From the NCBI GenBank assembly GCA_963837025.1, contig CAWILT010000002.1, positions 422,554-486,553 of the forward strand: a stretch of DNA of 64,000 bases, read 5' to 3'. The first letter of the stretch is position 1, and every line of letters starts with the position of its first letter. Source of the DNA: an uncultured Alphaproteobacteria bacterium (GTDB lineage: Bacteria > Pseudomonadota > Alphaproteobacteria > Rickettsiales > JALZUV01). The translations under genes and the position numbers were made by a program. Shown here piece by piece: positions 61,292 through 64,000 of the stretch. The notes under the pieces are model-generated. The model had not been told where the DNA came from. It ran no database searches and saw nothing but the letters and a program-made list of their open reading frames with translations.

Positions 61292-63343
61292 CGGCTTTTT
61301 TAACCAAAATTGATACATGGATTTAAACGTATCGGGGTTTTGTTGTTCATAAGCATGCCATTTTATAAGGTAATCAGGATGATTGGGCGGGGGTAATGTG
61401 GCCTCAAACGCTTCCAACTCTGCGCGGTGCATGAGGTTGATGCCACAAAATTCCAATCCTAAATCACTCACAATTTTCCCAATTTGCGGCCACGTGAATT
61501 GATGTTCCTGAACATGAAAAATTAAATCACGACATTCCGAAAGCGAAAAGAAATCGGTTGCAGCATAGAGATCGGAAATGATGGGAGTCAGCGCATTATC
61601 GGCACCCGTTTGTTGCCGCTGAAATTCATAATTTCGTTGCATCAATTCGCGGCGATAGTGGCGCAACGCATCATCCGAATCGCCTAAGTTGCGCGCTTTA
61701 ATCTCCTCGCGCGCGAGCGTCACACTGCGTCGCGCCATTTGGCTGTAAAGGCCAATGCGCATCATACCACCTGGTTTTAAAATATCGGTAAGCACCTTCC
61801 AGCCGGCGATGGGGTCGCGCATGTGATGCAGCACGCCCACGCTTTCAATCATATCAAATGTGCGGTTAAGTGCGAGTAATTTTAAAATATCGGCCTGCAT
61901 AAATGTGAGTTGGTCACAGCCATATTGCTCGGCCTTGCGTTGTGCGTAAGCCAAACTGGAAAGGCTAATATCAACCGCTAATAACGCACTTTTACAAAGC
62001 GATGCGGCAAGCATGATGGGGTGCTGCCCCGTGCCGCAACCCGCAATCAACACCTCGCCCTGTTTAGGTAAAGTTGAGCTAATAATTTCAGGCTTAACAC
62101 CAAAACGCGCCACATATTCAGGCAGTGAAATGGGCGTGTAATCGGGCACCTCATTCCAACGCGGGTAGGGCGCGGATTCATATTGTTCGCGCACTTTTTG
62201 GCTGGTGGCATCGTCAATTTCATCCAAGCGCGGCAAGCTCAATTTGCGCTTTTGTTCATCTTGCGGGTTATGGCATTGCTGTTCAATAATGCGTTTTAAA
62301 ATAGCATCATCTGGCTGCCATTGTGCTAGCTGCGGCGCGCAATCTTCCTGCGCTAAAGGGGTATAACTGCCCAATAATGTGAGTGCATCATTATCAATTT
62401 TAGGTAAGCTTGCCACCAGTTTTACGCGCAAAGGTTTTAATGCTGCAGCTTCTTCTGCCTCCGTAAAAAATACATATTCATTATTAAATCCGAGTGAGCA
62501 AAGCGCCCATTGCAAAGGTTGAAACGGCGCACGAGCAGCGGCATCACATTCCAGCAATAAATGCCGGCGAATTTGGGTGAGCAATAGCTCTAATATTGGC
62601 TGAGTAATCGAATCGCGATGCATCAGCGGCAGCAAAAGCGATTGTTGAAATTGCTGCAAAAAGCCATCCTGTTTAATCAGCTTTCGCATGGCGATAATCA
62701 GGTCGCTATAATGCTCAATTGATGCCAGCTTATTGCATTCTACCATCCACGGCGCAGCGTGTTGATGGCGAATAATTGCCGCGCGAATGCCGTTCATAAG
62801 ACCGGTTTTTAATGCCTCTTTTAGCACCGGTTCCAATTTTAATTCCACCTCATAAAATGCGTCCATTAAATAGGTAACGCGTTTATAATTTTCCCATACG
62901 GCTTCTTCCTGCGGCGAAATTAAAAACATTTGCACTGCAAAGGGCAGGGCTGCTTTTTTATCACCAGCAATTAAATGCAAACGACACGCGCGAGCAAAAG
63001 GCGGCTGCCAATCCGGCTTTAGCGTGGCAGCGCGTGTGTAAGATTGTAGCGCATCTTTGTTCGCGCCTGAATATTCTTGCGCTAAACCCAAATGATAATG
63101 CGCCGATTCATGTCGCATATTTAACATTACAGCCTGTTGAAATCGCGCAATCGCATCAGGGTAATCTTGCAACTGTAGCGCCGCAAGTGCTAAGCCAAAA
63201 TAAACACCAAATTCCGTATGACCCTGCGCCAATAAATGCGCAAATAATTCGCGCGCTTCGCCAAATTTGCCGTGCTGTAACCAACTATCAGCTTGCTTAA
63301 ATTGCTTTTGAAATTGTTTTGTCTGATTCATAAATACGAGCAT
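61283..63343 (-). CDS. TPR-repeat protein fused to a class I SAM-dependent methyltransferase
   Basis: N-terminal TPR-like repeats (about 34-aa A/L/Y pattern). The C-terminus has motif I VLIAGCGTGQ, post-I LAVDIS, and DMIESVGVLHHM...LKPGG. An alternative start is at 63331. Confidence 0.8.
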   Translation of the reverse strand: MLVFMNQTKQFQKQFKQADSWLQHGKFGEARELFAHLLAQGHTEFGVYFGLALAALQLQDYPDAIARFQQAVMLNMRHESAHYHLGLAQEYSGANKDALQSYTRAATLKPDWQPPFARACRLHLIAGDKKAALPFAVQMFLISPQEEAVWENYKRVTYLMDAFYEVELKLEPVLKEALKTGLMNGIRAAIIRHQHAAPWMVECNKLASIEHYSDLIIAMRKLIKQDGFLQQFQQSLLLPLMHRDSITQPILELLLTQIRRHLLLECDAAARAPFQPLQWALCSLGFNNEYVFFTEAEEAAALKPLRVKLVASLPKIDNDALTLLGSYTPLAQEDCAPQLAQWQPDDAILKRIIEQQCHNPQDEQKRKLSLPRLDEIDDATSQKVREQYESAPYPRWNEVPDYTPISLPEYVARFGVKPEIISSTLPKQGEVLIAGCGTGQHPIMLAASLCKSALLAVDISLSSLAYAQRKAEQYGCDQLTFMQADILKLLALNRTFDMIESVGVLHHMRDPIAGWKVLTDILKPGGMMRIGLYSQMARRSVTLAREEIKARNLGDSDDALRHYRRELMQRNYEFQRQQTGADNALTPIISDLYAATDFFSLSECRDLIFHVQEHQFTWPQIGKIVSDLGLEFCGINLMHRAELEAFEATLPPPNHPDYLIKWHAYEQQNPDTFKSMYQFWLKKPLS

Positions 63344-63559
63344 AACCTATGGTAGCGAAACACGAAAAGGATTTATCAATAAAGCTTCCAAATGCCCCAT
63401 AATATTATTTTCAAACCTTCACGAAACTTTAATAAACCCTTGCTATTCTAAAGGCTGTTTCTTGCTTCAAATCTTTGAAAGCTTTAGTTGGTATTTTCCA
63501 TCTCTAGTAATGAATGCCTAGCATTCTGCAAGAATTTTTCACGCTCAAAATACAAGAAA

Positions 63560-63904
63560 ATGAGCAGGACTTTAGAAAATGCCAATTTAATAGTATCAGC
63601 CATTGTAGCGATTGCGATCGTGCTGACAATGGTATTCATGGCAACAGCTACCACTACATCCACTTCGCAAGAGGTGATGGAAGTGGATAAAGCATATTAC
63701 CAAATCCGGCGCAAAAGTCGCTCCAGCGGTTGCCGCATTTCCGGTAAGGTGCTTGGCGAAACTGTGCGCTTCAAAAAACGCTACAGCCGTTGCCCTTGCC
63801 AAGCTGGAGACCAGATTTTGGTGCAAATTAACCAAAAAGAAGGATGGTTTGGTATTAAGTACCAGAACATCCATTACATTGGTCAAGCACCAAACCAGTG
63901 GTAA
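63560..63904 (+). CDS. hypothetical N-terminally anchored small protein (114 aa)
   Basis: The ATG at 63560 gives MSRTLENANLIVSAIVAIAIVLTMVFMA (a TM anchor) and then a basic Cys-containing domain. A strong terminator follows. The ORF track starts earlier, at a TTG at 63488. Confidence 0.55.
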   Translation: MSRTLENANLIVSAIVAIAIVLTMVFMATATTTSTSQEVMEVDKAYYQIRRKSRSSGCRISGKVLGETVRFKKRYSRCPCQAGDQILVQINQKEGWFGIKYQNIHYIGQAPNQW

Positions 63905-63909
63905 AAAAA

Positions 63910-63944
63910 AGGAGGCGTCGCGATGCGACCCTCCTTTTTTATTT
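63910..63944. terminator. bidirectional rho-independent terminator shared by convergent genes
   Basis: aggagg(c)gtcgc-gat-gcgaccctcct hairpin with one bulge. It is flanked by an A8 run upstream and a T-rich run downstream. Confidence 0.75.
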
Positions 63945-64000
63945 CCAGATCTTTTTGCCTTCAGAGGTAAAGCCGTATTTTTTCCAGTTTTGTGAAACTT
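63939..64000 (-). CDS. 3' end of a minus-strand gene continuing beyond the window
   Basis: The open frame on the minus strand reads ...VSQNWKKYGFTSEGKKIWK* with the stop at 63939-63941, just before the shared hairpin. It is too short to identify. Confidence 0.3.
   Translation of the reverse strand, partial: VSQNWKKYGFTSEGKKIWK

Overview
The window is a chromosomal segment that looks alphaproteobacterial. The evidence is synteny plus recognisable protein families: ddl-ftsQ-ftsA; ftsZ-lpxC-bamD-recN-ligA; rpsA-sppA-ihfB-lapA-trpFBA; addA-trxA; a DUF2336 protein; and an FtsZ with a long linker. It is mostly housekeeping genes. These include carAB, fliQR, pepP, prmA, ampD, RNase P RNA, an mscS-family gene, recQ, pccB, grxC, rfbA, tdh and scoA, plus tRNA-Arg(CCT) and tRNA-Thr(GGT). 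I saw no CRISPR array, transposase, integrase or prophage genes.

The most unusual region is 57.8-61.3 kb, on the minus strand downstream of a TPR + SAM-methyltransferase gene. It holds five tandem single-gene cassettes encoding small proteins of 132-178 aa that I cannot assign to any family. Each cassette has:
- its own near-identical promoter of classical Pho-box architecture (TGTCAT-NAAAC-TGTCAT, 10 nt, TATAGT);
- a conserved leader of about 135-155 nt with no Shine-Dalgarno sequence;
- its own GC-rich hairpin terminator.
The regulatory DNA is far better conserved than the coding DNA.

Other accessory or odd loci:
- a family of repeated glycine-zipper / bilobed-hydrophobic membrane proteins (47.1-49.4 kb and 43.7-44.3 kb);
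- an orphan 678-aa + 71-aa gene pair between carB and fliQ;
- a tail-anchored pentapeptide-repeat protein with a long disordered N-terminus;
- a catalytic-domain-only glutamine-synthetase-like ORF;
- a low-GC glycosyltransferase islet abutting tRNA-Thr;
- a small autonomous gene inserted between trpF and trpB;
- a fragmented, permuted dcw cluster, with several partner-less genes (yejB, scoA, addA).

All functional calls come from reading the translated ORFs and motifs by eye. No database search was run.
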